From Amphiscolops sp. MND2022 (taxonomy: Eukaryota), in contig OZ076409.1 of the NCBI GenBank assembly GCA_964187785.1, positions 89,778,001 to 89,842,000 of the forward strand: a stretch of 64,000 bases of DNA, written 5' to 3'. Positions 1-14,070 of the stretch are shown here, one piece after another. The notes under the pieces were generated by a model, which saw nothing but the letters and a program-made list of their open reading frames with translations, searched no databases and was not told where the DNA came from. The translations under genes were made by a program, and so were the position numbers. Numbering within the stretch: the first letter of the stretch is position 1; every line of letters starts with the position of its first letter.

Positions 1-64
1 GATGGGCGAGTCATTTGCCTCTATCGCTGCTCTACGGGTCCAACACAAGCTCTAGGCTGTGGCA

Positions 65-985
65 CCATGCATGTCTCAATTTCAGGAGGAGTAGTTTTTG
101 GCCAATATGGAGTTGCTTCTAGAGAAGTGCGTCAAAAGATATGGACCGAGACGCTATCAATAAAATCAATGCACTTACCGTTGGTTACGTCGCAAATTGC
201 AAACGCAGAAGCGTCGAAAAAAAATGTGAAGATCGTCAAGGAATGGTTAAAAGATCAGGGCGTCTTGGCGCTACCTACGATAAGGGAACCGGGTTTTGCC
301 TAATGAAAAAAAACTTACAATGAGAAGGTCAAAAAACTCCTAGATGGTCCCCAGTTCTCTCCAATTGCTCCGAAAACGAGGGATAATGTAGTAGTTGAGG
401 AAGAACGCATTCTTGGTATCCTCCAAGATTCTGTACAATGTTGGGGAACAAGTATCGAATGCGAACGACAAAGATGTTAGAAACAATAACATTCCACTAG
501 ATAAGGACAATGTTCACAAAATTTTTGGCAAAATAAGAATCGATACAAACTGCATCAAGTCTTTTAAAAGGGTGGGCAATCGAAGTTCACAAAGCAATGC
601 CAGACCACGTCCTGTCGAAGTAGAGCTCAATAATGAATTCGACAGACGGAAAATTATGGCAAATGTTGGTTTGCTGAAGGGCAGTAAACTTCTTATCAAA
701 CCCAAATTGTTATGGCGGGACACATTGATCGAGAAATCTTTGCTAGACATCAGATACAAGTTAATACAGCATGGGTTGTCAAAAACATTGTTCAAAATAC
801 GTGACCTGAAATTATTCTACAATGACGAGGAAGTGGCAACGGCATTACCTCTTGATCAACTGGTTTCCTCTTTGACAACGTCTGAAGCAAGGGCCAACCT
901 ACAATGACTACCTCAAAAATTCTGTCTCTCAAACATCAATACCATTATCCATCTATCCAAACGTTCAACGTTGCTCGATTATGCT
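65..985 (+). repeat. Dispersed duplicate (offset 2177) of 2242-3162: PLE N-terminal fragment plus 5'-truncated LINE ORF1 and start of ORF2
   Basis: Near-identical sequence and ORFs (67/2244, 395/2572). Identity starts at ccatgcatg and ends at gattatgct in both copies. Confidence 0.95.
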
Positions 986-2603
986 CTCCGTAACTAGTTT
1001 CCGTCAATTGATTGCGGTTTAAAGGAATAATGTCTAAAATTCAGTGTATTAGGTTATAGAGTGACCATGACATGGCTTCAGAGGTTATTCCTGTATTGCA
1101 TTGGACAATATTCTAACCAGTTCCTTCTCTAAAGTTCACTTTCCAATCAGTAATTGCGAGAAGATTGGGAAACTTTTACTAGATTATAAAATTGCAAATT
1201 ACTTTTGCTCCCGCTAGCTCTCTGCTTCCGCTGGATCTCGCTTAGTAAGACTATTGTTGGCGGACACGGGAATCGGTGAATGGGATGCCGTTCAGAAGTT
1301 TAACCTCAATGTATTTACATGGTTTTCGGGTTCTGTCCAAAATGGATCTAAAATGCCTTGGACAACACTACTCTGAACGTTCCGATGGGGTCCACCCTAT
1401 TTAACGATTGCTATTGAGTTAGGTCAAATTACGGACGTTTCACTATTTAGCCGATGATAAGATCAGAGGTTAGCAATCAATTGAATAGATTTCCGTTGAC
1501 GGAAATCAATTGACGGAAATTAGTTGCGGAAGCCTAAATAACTGACGGAGTAATTGTTTCAACGCTGTCACTAACGGTAACAATTATTAGACGAGTATAA
1601 ACCAATCAAATTCAAATACGTTTGAGAGTTAAAACCCCACATATTAACTGACTATAGGAAAACACTTGTTCCTGAAAACCTTGAACAACAGATCTTTATA
1701 TTACATGTACATACAGCGATGAGGAATACTGGAGTGCGCAAACAATCGAAAAAACCAAATTGGAATGAGACGCTACGCGTCAACTTGATGTGTCGTGCGT
1801 TTTTTGGGTGTAAAAATTGTTTCATTTAATTTTAATTAATTGCTTGTGCAATAATTGTTTTGTTCACAGCTAATTGATTGTTGATTAATTTTTTTGTTCC
1901 GTAGAAAATGCGTTAATTGATTGCTTAGCACTGGATGAAACTCTCTGGCAATATGAAAGAATAAATTGTAATATGACTTCAAACTGTACTCTCAATTCCA
2001 ATTTTGCCTAGGATTAATGAATCAATGATGTGCCATCTTGTTGTTTTCCAAACTTCCACCTGTTTGTTTTTGAAGGTGAGCTCACAATGAAGTTAAGAAC
2101 AATTGTTCTAGGTGTTATCTACAATCTTTGGTCTTTGTATTTCTCTGCCGTAGGTTGTATGGCCGAACGGTAATAAAGTTTAGAATAAATTTCTAACAGA
2201 ACAGAATCGAATTCTTAATTTTGAATCGGTTTTAAAAACTTCCATGCATGTCTCAATTTCAGGAGGAGTAGTTTTTGGCCAATATGGAGTTGCTTCTAGA
2301 GAAGTGCGTCAAAAGATATGGACCGAGACGCTATCAATAAAATCAATGCACTTACCGTTGGTTACGTCGCAAATTGCAAACGCAGAAGCGTCGAAAAAAA
2401 ATGTGAAGATCGTCAAGGAATGGTTAAAAGATCAGGGCGTCTTGGCGCTACCTACGATAAGGGAACCGGGTTTTGCCTAATGAAAAAAAACTTACAATGA
2501 GAAGGTCAAAAAACTCCTAGATGGTCCCCAGTTCTCTCCAATTGCTCCGAAAACGAGGGATAATGTAGTAGTTGAGGAAGAACGCATTCTTGGTATCCTC
2601 CAA

Positions 2604-5600
2604 GATTCTGTACAATGTTGGGGAACAAGTATCGAATGCGAACGACAAAGATGTTAGAAACAATGACATTCCACTAGATAAGGACAATGTTCACAAAATT
2701 TTTGGCAAAATAAGAATCGATACAAACTGCATCAAGTCTTTTAAAAGGGTGGGCAATCGAAGTTCACAAAGCAATGTCAGACCACGTCCTGTCGAAGTAG
2801 AGCTCAATAATGAATTCGACAGACGGAAAACTATGGCAAATGTTGGTTTGCTGAAGGGCAGTAAACTTCTTATCCAACCCAAATTGTTATGGCGGGACAC
2901 ATTGATCGAGAAATCTTTGCTAGACATCAGATACAAGTTAATACAGCATGGGTTGTCAAAAACATTGTTCAAAATACGTGACCTGAAATTTTTCTACAAT
3001 GACGAGGAAGTGGCAACGGCATTACCTCTTGATCAACTGGTTTCCTCTTTGACAACGTCTGAAGCAAAGGCCAACCTACAATGACCACCTCAAAAATTCT
3101 GTCTCTCAAACATCAATACCATTATCCATCTATCCAAACGTTCAACGTTGCTCGATTATGCTATCAAAGAGGTCATTAGTCTCTTATTTTTAACGGAAAC
3201 TTGGCTGAACGACTCTTTTGATAACCGAGTACTCTCTCTCTCTTCGGCATCTTTGAAGTAACTTCTCGCACTGACAGAAACTGTGGTATTCGAGAAGGAG
3301 TACTGATATTAGTGAGACGCGACAAAAATATGAATCTTAAAGTTATTCCTTCTGACTTTGACTTTGTCTGCCCAGTTATTTGGCTCCTACCTGAAGTAGT
3401 TGTTTTATTCCTACTCGTATATCTGCCTCCTAAAGGCAGTCCCTATGTAATAAATCCAGCGTCACTAAATCGATCTATAATGGAAGCTAAAGCAGCAGCA
3501 TCTGGGCTTGTAGACCCTCAAACAAACATTGTCACTTGCCTGCTTGGCGATTTTAACTTTCCAAATACTCAATGGTCGTTAATGTTCAGTAACTGCTTAC
3601 AAGAAACGCCATATCTAAATATCTTCATTGGTCTTGGTTTATACCCCATCAATTATCAAGCAACTCGCAAAGCTGGAAATGACCTAGATAACATTCTGAC
3701 CACTGATAATTTTTCTCAATTATAAGTTACTGATGACTATACTCTTCGGATCAGTGATCACATCCCATTACTTTTCCAGTGCTTTCAGGATAGCTCTGCT
3801 TATCATGCTGATCCTGTCTCGTGTGCCTTTTCTTTTAATTCTGCCAAAGAGCTCGAATTGTTCAATAGTTCGTGGTCTTTTTTCAGTTTCGAGAATTATC
3901 CCTCCAATAACAACACAAATCAGTTTTATGCTCATCTATCAATGGTTATTCAAAGTGTTTTCCTAAAGAAATCCAAGAGAAGACTTCTGAGCCCATTCTT
4001 TGACTCCTCGCACAGTATCCATTGTCAAAACAAAATGAACTTCCGGAGACGCAAATGTTTGTCTAATCCATCAAAAAAAGCCTTGCTTCTTTGCAAACTG
4101 CCACTACGGATTTCCAACGATCTGTTGAGCTTGATAAAATTTGTTTCCTTGCTGGGCACAATACAGGCTCAACAACTGACGCTTTTAACATCCTAAATAG
4201 TCTACACTTCCCTGATATCCCTCTTAAAATGTATCATGGTTCTAAAGTGTTGACCAATGACCGGAATATCGCAAACGAGTTCAACTGTTTTTTTGCCTCT
4301 TAGTTCAACCAGAAAATTTATAACTTGAACCCTAATATACTGTATTCCGATACCTATACAGGTGCAATCAGAACTGATGAATTGTTGCAAGACTTTTGTG
4401 AAGCCAAAATTTTAGACACCATATTAGGGACGAAGCGTTCCCCAGCTGTCATTTTCGATCAGTTTCCTTCAAAGCTCTTACACTTGTGTCCGACATTTTT
4501 TGCCACTGTTCTAGTGCCTTTTGCTCTATCATATTAACCAATTTTTATCCTGACACATGGAAAACGTCCTACGTTAAGCCTCTTCACAAGACTGGACTGA
4601 AAATTGATATTCAGAATTACCGACCCATAAGCCGTCTCCCTGTACTGTCTTTGGTATTCAAAAAAATCCTGCATAGCTTCATTTATTACAAAATAAAAGA
4701 CAAATTGACTCCTCGGTAATTTGGTTTTCAATCACGAAAGAGCTCTATTATCCAGCTGCTTGATTTCTTGGAGTCTTGGCTCTCATCCAACTCATCTAAT
4801 CTTTATTTGGACTCTGCCAAGGCATTCGATAAAGTTCCTTTTAACGCCCTACTCAACAAATTATGGAAATTCGGATTCGATGAATCATTTATGGAGCTGT
4901 TCGCAACTTATCTAACTAACCGCTTTCAAACTGTGCTCATTAGATCCAGCACTTCTCGCCTTTTATGTTCTAAGTGGCGTTCCTCAGGACTCCGTTTTGG
5001 GCCCCCTATTGTTTCTAATTTTTGTGAACATGTCTGCAATTTTTCTCGATGCCTAATGTTGGTTGTACGCTGATGATCTCAAGCTTCTTTTCGACAGCCT
5101 GAATTTTTCTGCTGACCTTACCAGATTAATGATATGGAACATATGGTGTGCTGGTAAATGCTTCCAAAGCCAAATGTATTTGTTTCAAACGAAATGTTTT
5201 TGTTACATTCGAAGATATCCCAATAGACAACGTTATTGCTCACAGCGACCTTGGTGTTATCAGTCCTACCCTGAAATGGGACCCCCATTTGTCCCAAAAA
5301 CTCGCAAAAGCAACCAAGGCTTTCTTCTTAAACAGACTATCCCGTGGAATACACCTTCACATGTTAAGAATTCTCTCTATTACAGTACCGTTGTTTCAGT
5401 TCTACTTTACGCATCACCTTTATGGACTGCAAGCTTCACAATATTACAAAAACTTGAACGATTTCAAAAGCGGTCTTTCTATTGGATTTTTGGTAGAAAC
5501 ATTTCACACGAGTTGCAATTGGTGAAAAACCGGATTTTACCACTTAGTCTACAAATTGAATTCAACTGTATCTGTCTGCTCCTAGACTTGTTAAATGGTA

Positions 5601-5963
5601 AATAAAAATTTGATCTTTCTCACTGTATTACTATTCAGGAATCCCAAGGCAGACCACGGAAACAGGCCTGGAATCCATTCTCAACCCTGGCCAAGTACCC
5701 AAGAACACGGCCTGAGTCGTTTTTTGTGCGAGCAGTCAGCTCGTATAATTACCTTCATCGGCACAGCATCATTGAAAAGAATACGCCCGGAACGAAACAG
5801 AAAATCAAAGCATATCTTCGGAACAAACCTTTGAATCTTGAACGTAGTTGCTCTTATTTCATTAGTTGTAACTGTAGTGTATGCAAGGATACTGTAAGTA
5901 TTTGTTAACTTCTCTGTTATGCCAGTTTTGGTGCTCCTAAATCGGAGATTTAAGTCTTTTTTT

Positions 5964-6020
<57 letters not shown>
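2604..6020 (+). mobile_element. 5'-truncated APE-type LINE (CR1/L2-group-like), frameshifted, inserted in PLE1
   Basis: ORF1 with RPRPVEV. ORF2 with LTETWL, GDFNFP, LDNIL, NYRPIS, KAFDKV, YADD and C-terminal CNCSVC. (CT)n tail. ctccaa occurs at both junctions. Confidence 0.9.
5965..6020 (+). repeat. (CT)n microsatellite, 3' tail of the LINE
   Basis: Directly visible at the LINE/PLE junction. Confidence 0.9.
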
Positions 6021-6022
<2 letters not shown>

Positions 6023-7487
6023 AACGCTCCGCTCGAATGGAAAAATCAGTGAAGAATTGTTTAAAGCTGTCAAACCTATTGGGTCCCAACCCGCGCGATT
6101 TTATGGTCTCACCAAAGTACACAAGAAAAACACTCCTCTGAGACCTATTGTGTCCTTGCCGGGTTCAGCTTACCAGCCATTAGCAAAACAGATGGCAATG
6201 TGGATTTCCAAGCTTCCTGAGGCCAATATTAATTGTCAAGCCGGGCAGGTCATGCGTGATCTATCTGTCATTCAGCTCCAGGACGATAAACAACTGTTCA
6301 GTCTCGTTGTTGAAGGGCTTTTCACGAATGTCCTTGTAAATGAAGCCATTGAGTATACTTCAGACCTCATGTATTCAGACGACGCAAAATGTCAACCGCC
6401 AGTTGATAAGGATACTTTCATATCCTTATTGAAATTGGTGTCTGTGGATGTCGTATTCTCAACAAACCAAGCCTATTTCAAACAAACCGATGGCGTGGCA
6501 GTGTGCAGTCCCGCAGGGCCACTACTCGCTACCGTATTTATGTCAAAGTTTGACCATGCACTTAGCCTTTTTAGCCCATTCTACTACAGGTACATTGATG
6601 ACTTTCTACGAACGATGGTAAAAGGTGGAGAAAACATTCTGATGGACTTTGTTAACACCAATGCATCCGATTTTGAAATTCACGCTCGAAACTGAAGATG
6701 ACACTTGTGGGTTATCCTTTTTGGATATGCGTGTCAATCATGTGCGAAACAAAATCGAGACCTCCTGGTATACCAAGAAAACCGACACAGGTGTGGTGTT
6801 CAACTACAACTGTGAATCGCCCACTATTTATAAATCTGGTATAGTGTCCGGTTTCGTACACATGATTTTTAAAAACTTGTTCAACCTGGTCCAATTTCCA
6901 TCAGGAATTGAAGGAAGCCCAAGCAATACTGCGTGACAATCGATTTTCTCGCAGCTTTGTCGAAAAAATTACTGGCTCTACCTTAGGTAAAATCATTGGC
7001 GGCAGAGAAATCGACAAAATAGCCAAACATGATAACTCACAGAAGACCATAAGCACCCGGTTGATGTTACCATACCATGGCCCTTCGTCTGCCGCCTTTG
7101 CCAAAAATCTGAAAAAGACCTTTGGGATCTCTTAATGTATACTTCACTACCGGCAAACTCAAATCTCATCTTGGTGGATTGAAAGCTTCTGTTCCAAAAT
7201 CTCTTGGTAGTCACTTGGTTTATGAAATTAGTTGCTCCGCTTGCTGTGGAACCTATGTCGGTCAAACAATCAGACATTTAGACACGGTAAATGGTCACTT
7301 GGCTTAATGCCATTTGGCTTAAAGTCATTTGGCTTAATACAATTGGTCACTTGGCTTAATTTTTTTAGGTAACTGTCTCGGGTATTGGTCACTTGGCTTA
7401 AAGTCATTTGACTTAAAACTACTTAGTTGAAAACACGTGGCAGGTTTTGTCGAATTTATCTTTAGAAATACAAAAAGTTTTCTCAAT

Positions 7488-7527
7488 GTTAAAACGTTTT
7501 CGATTCCAAGGAATCATCATCAGTAAC
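7488..7527 (-). ncRNA. Minimal type-I hammerhead ribozyme, canonical core
   Basis: Minus strand reads GTTA CTGATGA T GATTC-CTTG-GAATC GAAA ACGT TT TAAC: 4-bp stem I, 5-bp stem II, palindromic loop III. Confidence 0.85.
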
Positions 7528-8177
7528 TAAAAATACACAATCATTATAAAATATCCAAGGTATAAAGCTAAAAACATCACGCAATGGAGTAAATCATGTA
7601 CAAGAAAAATGAGAGAGAAAATATATCAAAGAGGGAAATATAAAATTTCCAACAACTAGAATTTTAAAGTTAGGTCCCTCGAGCGGTATTCCTCTCGTTG
7701 GTTCAATATCGGCCTAGTCCTCGCGATGTACAGTGCTGCCATCGTCAGTAATTTGTTGACGTTCGTGCATCGGTTCAGTACTGTCGCCGTCACTTCGCCT
7801 GTTTTAACTGCGCATTCACCAAATTGCCTTCCCAATGGCGATGACTTCCTCTTGTGTTCTCCCAGTCTAGTGATCAATTGTCTGGCCGTTTGGCCGACAT
7901 AGCGGGAGTGGCATCCCGGACATTCAATTTGATAAATCACTTTACTCGAGAGTTCTTCAGGTATTGGATCCTTTAGGCTTGGTAGGCAGCTTTTGAGTTT
8001 CCTTGTGGTGGAAATAGTCGACACTCCATGGGTTCGCAGTCTGCGTGCGAATCTATCGCTTTCCTGGCTCCTATAGTGTAACACCAAAAGGGGACGCCGT
8101 TCCTTGCTCTTTTCCACAGCTTTCCCCTCACCTGTGTCCTGTCGGTTGATTGGACTTGCGACATTCCGAATCTTGTT

Positions 8178-8522
8178 GGAGTGGCTGTAAATAGGTCGAG
8201 TTTTTCTGGTCGAAAGGACAGAGGTCGAACCTTTTGATCGAATTGCAGGGATCGAATGGATTGCGGTCGACTTTTATCGTATTTGTTGCATGGCTCGGTC
8301 GCTTCGCTCCCTTCGCCAAGTAGCAACATTGAGGCATGGCCATATGGCACGTCGCTTCGCTTCGCTCCTGCATTCAGGGCACTAGGGGTATGTGAACATA
8401 TCTGACTACGTTATAAAAATTTCGATCCGAGTTGTTTCGATCCCATTCAAAAATTTGGTATGTCGACCTGAGGACTAACTCTGATTGTCGATCATGTTCC
8501 TTCGACCTATTTCCGCCCACCC
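8178..8522. mobile_element. GGTCGA-arm foldback MITE carrying cassette B
   Basis: TSD ATCTTGTT (8170-8177 and 8523-8530), sub-TIR AAATAGGTCGA/TCGACCTATTT. Confidence 0.88.
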
Positions 8523-8650
8523 ATCTTGTTGATAGTGTCCCGAACAATAGAACGTTCGGGGTTAGCTTTATAACGTAGTCAGCGTATTATTATAACATGT
8601 CATATCAAGTAGCACTCGGATATGTCCCCATTTCCTCTAGTGCCCTGCGG

Positions 8651-9002
8651 CGGGTGGCTGTAAATAGGTCGAATTTTTCTGGTCGAAAGGACTGAGGTCG
8701 AACCTTTTGATCGAATTACAGGGATCGAATGGAATGCGGTCGAATTTTATCGTATTTGTTGTATGGCTCGGTCGCTTCGCTCCCTTCGCCAAGTAGCAAC
8801 ATTGAGGCATGGCCATATGGCACGTCGCTCCGCTTCGCTTCGCTCCTGCATTCAGGGCACTAGGGGTATGTGAACATATCTGACTACGTTATAAAAATTT
8901 CGATCCGAGTTGTTTCGATCCCATTCAAAAATTTGGTATTGTCGACCTGAGGACTAACTCTGATTTTCGATCCCGTTCCTTCGACCTATTTCCGCCCACC
9001 CC
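8651..9002. mobile_element. Second copy of the GGTCGA-arm MITE, inserted into cassette A
   Basis: TSD CCCTGCGG (8643-8650 and 9003-9010). Near-identical to 8178-8522. Confidence 0.88.
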
Positions 9003-9626
9003 CCCTGCGGCCCCTTGGGGCCGCTTATATTCCCATCTTGCTAAGCGAGGTCGAACAGGAGCAAAGACCTAGCGGGAACGAAGATCGCGAAGCAATCGTA
9101 GTGGGAGCTGGTCTTTGCGACGATGAGGGCGAGCGTGCATACACCGCATATGCCCCACATTATGATATTTCCGGGAGTTGACATATTTATTCCTTGAGTT
9201 GGAATGGAGTTGGCATAATTTTGTGGTCACTTGGCTTAAAATTTTAAAGCCAAATGACTCGACGAAAAAATTAAGCCAAATGGTATTAAGCCAAGATACT
9301 GGTAGCCTTAGACACACGGTTGCGTGATCATAGGAACAAGAAGTCACCAGCCGGCCAACATCTTTTGCAATTCGGTACCAGCCTTGATTTTGAAAATGTT
9401 CGAGTTTTGGCAACTGAACAGTACCCGAGATTGCTGTTGGCCCTTGAAGCAGTTTTTATTCGCCGAAGGAAGTCGGCCCTCAACACAACACGCGAGACGA
9501 TTTCCGGAGCCACACACTGAAATATGTGTTTCAGTGTGGCAGTTGACTGTCCTGTTAATCACTCAGTGATCTATGTTTCTATTTCTTTAACTGAAAGTTG
9601 TATTTATATATTTTCAGATAATTGAA

Positions 9627-9664
9627 TGATTGAAAATGAATGATGACATTCGAAAAGCTCCTCA
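9627..9664 (+). ncRNA. Degenerate minimal hammerhead (U3-A8 variant) at the PLE1 3' end
   Basis: TGA TTGAAAA T GAATG-ATGA-CATTC GAAA AGCT CC TCA. Position 16.1 is C rather than U. Confidence 0.6.
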
Positions 9665-10587
9665 ATAAAACACTTGTTCTTATTTTTCTGAATTAAATCG
9701 GTTGGCTCCGTTTGACAGTGAGTGTTGAACGATGAAACTATTATGTAGCTTTGCAACCGGTCAGAGCAAATGAAAGTCAAGGTGGTAGTTTGCTAATTCC
9801 GTCGTCCAATCTGATTTGAGATCGGCTTTGTATTCGCTCTAGGAAACCTCTGCCGTATGCGGTTTTCGAACGTTCTTTTCTGCGAATGCTGACTAAAAAT
9901 TGGTGGAATAGCATTTGACAAATCTCGTTAGACATCCACTCCTGAGACAAACTTGAGCGCAGATGTTTATTTTTTCTAAAGTTTGAAATCATGTTAACGT
10001 ATTTTGACACGTATTCTTTAATAGGTGCTTACTGGTATGTCTACCGCAGAATTGTTATGATTTAATGCGGGTAGGATAAGTCAAGTCTAAAACTTGAATT
10101 AAACTCGCCAGTTTATTTTAATACATATCTGTGAAATCGTCGAAATTGTAAATAGTCTATTTTTTCAAGGTCTCATTCATTCTCCTTCGATCAATCTACG
10201 ACGGAACGTAATCAAGCTTGATAAGAGTTCGTTGGCCTGGAAGTGGAATAAATTTTGGAATTTGGGTTGCCAAAATTTATGAAATGATGCTCTCATTTGC
10301 ACATCTTGCTCCTTCTGAGTTTTCAAGTTTATGTCGTTTTTTTTGCTGTTAAATACAATTTTGAGAACCGCGGTCAACAGTTTGTCGGTGACATACATAC
10401 ATCATACATACATTTTCTTGTTTCTGCAGAAGCAGATGAAAGCGAAAGGGTTTTTCGGTACTATGCGACTTATCGAAGACACCTGACATATTTTCTCACT
10501 CAATTCTTGTTTTTTGCTGTTTTCTGTTAAGGAAAATTGTCTTCCAAGTCTTAAGGGTGACATCTTCGGTTATTTTTAGGTCCTGTA

Positions 10588-11043
10588 CAGTGTTGTACAA
10601 TTAAAGGCTAATATAAAGGATCATTTAAATGATCATATAAATTTTCCAACCTTTAAAAGCGATTCATTTAAAGGAATAATCATTTAAATGAATAGTAGTA
10701 GTTTAAATGAGAAGAAACTGTACTCTCAACGTGAATCAAACCTCGGGGATAGAGACGGGAGTCAACTCGATCTATTTTTGGGAAGTTTTAATAACTTATT
10801 CAGACTTTTCAAGTTAAAGTATTCAATTATAAGAAAACAGGGCATTTCCAAGGGCTCAATACTTCACGGAAAATCGGAAAAATCGATTGTCCATGAATAA
10901 CATTAGGCTTAGATCTTAATGCGAATTATAATTTTAGTCTGAAATACTGTTGATTTATGTTAAAAGTATGCAATAATTTGAATGATCCTTTAAATCTTTT
11001 TTCCTTTGAAAAATCCTTTTAAAAATAGAAATGCACAACACTG
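10588..11043. mobile_element. hAT-like MITE
   Basis: TIR CAGTGTTGTACA/TGCACAACACTG. 8-bp TSD GTCCTGTA/GTCCTGTG (one mismatch). Confidence 0.8.
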
Positions 11044-11153
11044 GTCCTGTGGAACTGATGAATTTTCTCAAAACCTCTAGAAAAGACTTACGGTTTTTTT
11101 CGGCACTGTTCGACTTCGGAAATTTCATTTTATCTAAGGGTCGCCCTTAATTT

Positions 11154-11669
11154 AAACAAGCCGAGAACGGCCAAAGTCGGCGCCATATCTAAGGCTCAAA
11201 ATTGAAAAGGGGGGACCCTTCGGGCTTTGTGAAACTCCAGCTGGTTGCAAAAAATGAAAAAAAAACTGAAGGGGGGACCCTTTGGGGACATGAAAAAATT
11301 TCCCAAAAAAAATTTTAAAATGAGATATTTGAACAGTGTCACAGTGCCGAAAAATGTAAAAGGGGGACCCTTTGCGATTTTTTGACATCCATTGTGTTGC
11401 AAAATATCGAAACAAATGAAGGGGGGACCCTTTGGTGCAATCCAAAAACTTCAAAAAAAGTGCTGAAAAAAAGTGGGGCTAAGGTGTGTTTTCGAGGTTC
11501 TGGACGTCTGTTGTTTTTTCTTTCCGTTTTGGACGCGCTTCTGAATGTTGGAGTTGTTGAGGTTTGACGTTGTTGAACAAATGAACAAAAAAGTGGACCT
11601 TACGCGTCTAAAAAGACTACCCACTGTAAGAGTCGGACACATTTTCTACTAAAATGTGCCGACTAAAAA
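11154..11669 (-). mobile_element. Helentron/DINE-1-like non-autonomous element, family 1
   Basis: One end has an AGTCGG sub-TIR plus its inverted copy. The other has GCGCCGACT, a short stem-loop and TTGTTT. Internal AAAGGGTCCCC subrepeats. Related copies at 16368-16834, 17052-18662, 20618-21176, 30450-30694. Confidence 0.65.
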
Positions 11670-12310
11670 TGGCTCGGAAAGAATTTTTCCAGAATTTGGA
11701 TTCTTTGATGTTTCGAGTAAGGGTAAAAGCTGTTTTCCAGTCCTCTGAGTATTTTTGGCACGGTAAATGTGATGAAAACTTTCAATAGTGCCCTTTCGCA
11801 TATTCAAAACACTTTGCTCTTTGGCAATTCGTTATCCTGTCCTGACAAGCTTTCTACAGCAGTGGTGTCAACGTACGTGTACGTTCACTGTACGTGTACG
11901 TTTTGATTTTGATAAGAAGTGTTTGTCTTCATTTTGCATGAATTTCTAACAGGCCGAATCATGCGTAGGATTTACCAGTTACTGCATGTAATTTCAGTCT
12001 GTCATTGTTTTCTTCAACTACAGAGCGACTTGCAGCTCCAATGCAATATTTTCACATTACCAATGAACTGTGTTGACTGAGAATGTGCGATGGTATGTTA
12101 TAAAGGACGACGGTTATATCGCGTGGTATATGGCGTCATTTTGTAGACAAACAACCAGCAAATTTTCTGCTGTCATATCTTGTTGTAGAATGTTGCCGTT
12201 TCTATGGCAACACGCCTTCTCGATCATTCGCGACGATTACGTTACGTCATATTTTGCCATTCGTTGACTAATCGAATCGAGCGTGACACTCAATTTTCTG
12301 TCCGAACATA

Positions 12311-12350
12311 CGAAGTATAAATTGTTCACTCGCTACTCTTCAGTATCATT
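12311..12350 (+). promoter_or_regulatory. Polyubiquitin core promoter (TATA + Inr-like)
   Basis: TATAAA at 12316-12321, TCAGT/TCATT about 25-30 nt downstream, TTACGTCA at 12242, probable 5'UTR intron 12449-12524 (GTAAGT...TTTCAG). Confidence 0.6.
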
Positions 12351-12517
12351 TAGATTTTTGAAACAGCTGAAATCAATTGCCTTTGAATAAATTCATTCTG
12401 AACGTGTTTTAAACGTGAAATAATTCCTCATTTTACCGCTATAAACAAGTAAGTGGAGAGTTTGACGTAATAACTTTTTTATTCTCGACATACAGAACCA
12501 AGCTTAATTAACATTAA

Positions 12518-14070
<1,553 letters not shown>

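Larger units (their letters stand above)
7440..8556 (-). mobile_element. Penelope-like element 3, 5'-truncated (linker + GIY-YIG + 3' region)
   Basis: ORF 7656-8117 with VIYQIECPGC..RYVGQT..RL.EH and LN.REEYR. The frame continues across the MITE at 8178-8522 (SIVRDTINKIRNVASP). Outer ends approximate. Confidence 0.88.
7286..9307. mobile_element. Foldback/sub-TIR non-autonomous DNA element (TTGGCTTAA arms) with nested insertions
   Basis: 8-bp TSD TTAGACAC (7278-7285 and 9308-9315), GG...CC ends, inverted arrays of cttggcttaa/ttaagccaa. Interrupts the PLE1 GIY-YIG domain. Confidence 0.88.
2242..9680 (+). mobile_element. Penelope-like retroelement 1 (RT + GIY-YIG), decayed, in three pieces: 2242-2603, 6024-7285, 9316-~9680
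   Basis: Motifs DKGTGFCLM, PARFYGLTKVHK..PLRPIVS, DGVA..SP, YYRYIDD, LSFLDM, VYEISCSAC..YVGQT. The frame rejoins across both insertions (ILGILQ|TLRSNGKI and RHLDT|RLRDH). Confidence 0.92.

Noticed and set aside
5919..6695. 258-aa ORF as a host gene
   Set aside because: Chimera of the LINE 3' end, the (CT)n tail and PLE1 RT.
8467..8500. Hammerhead core at CTGAGGA in the MITE
   Set aside because: No stem II followed by GAAA.
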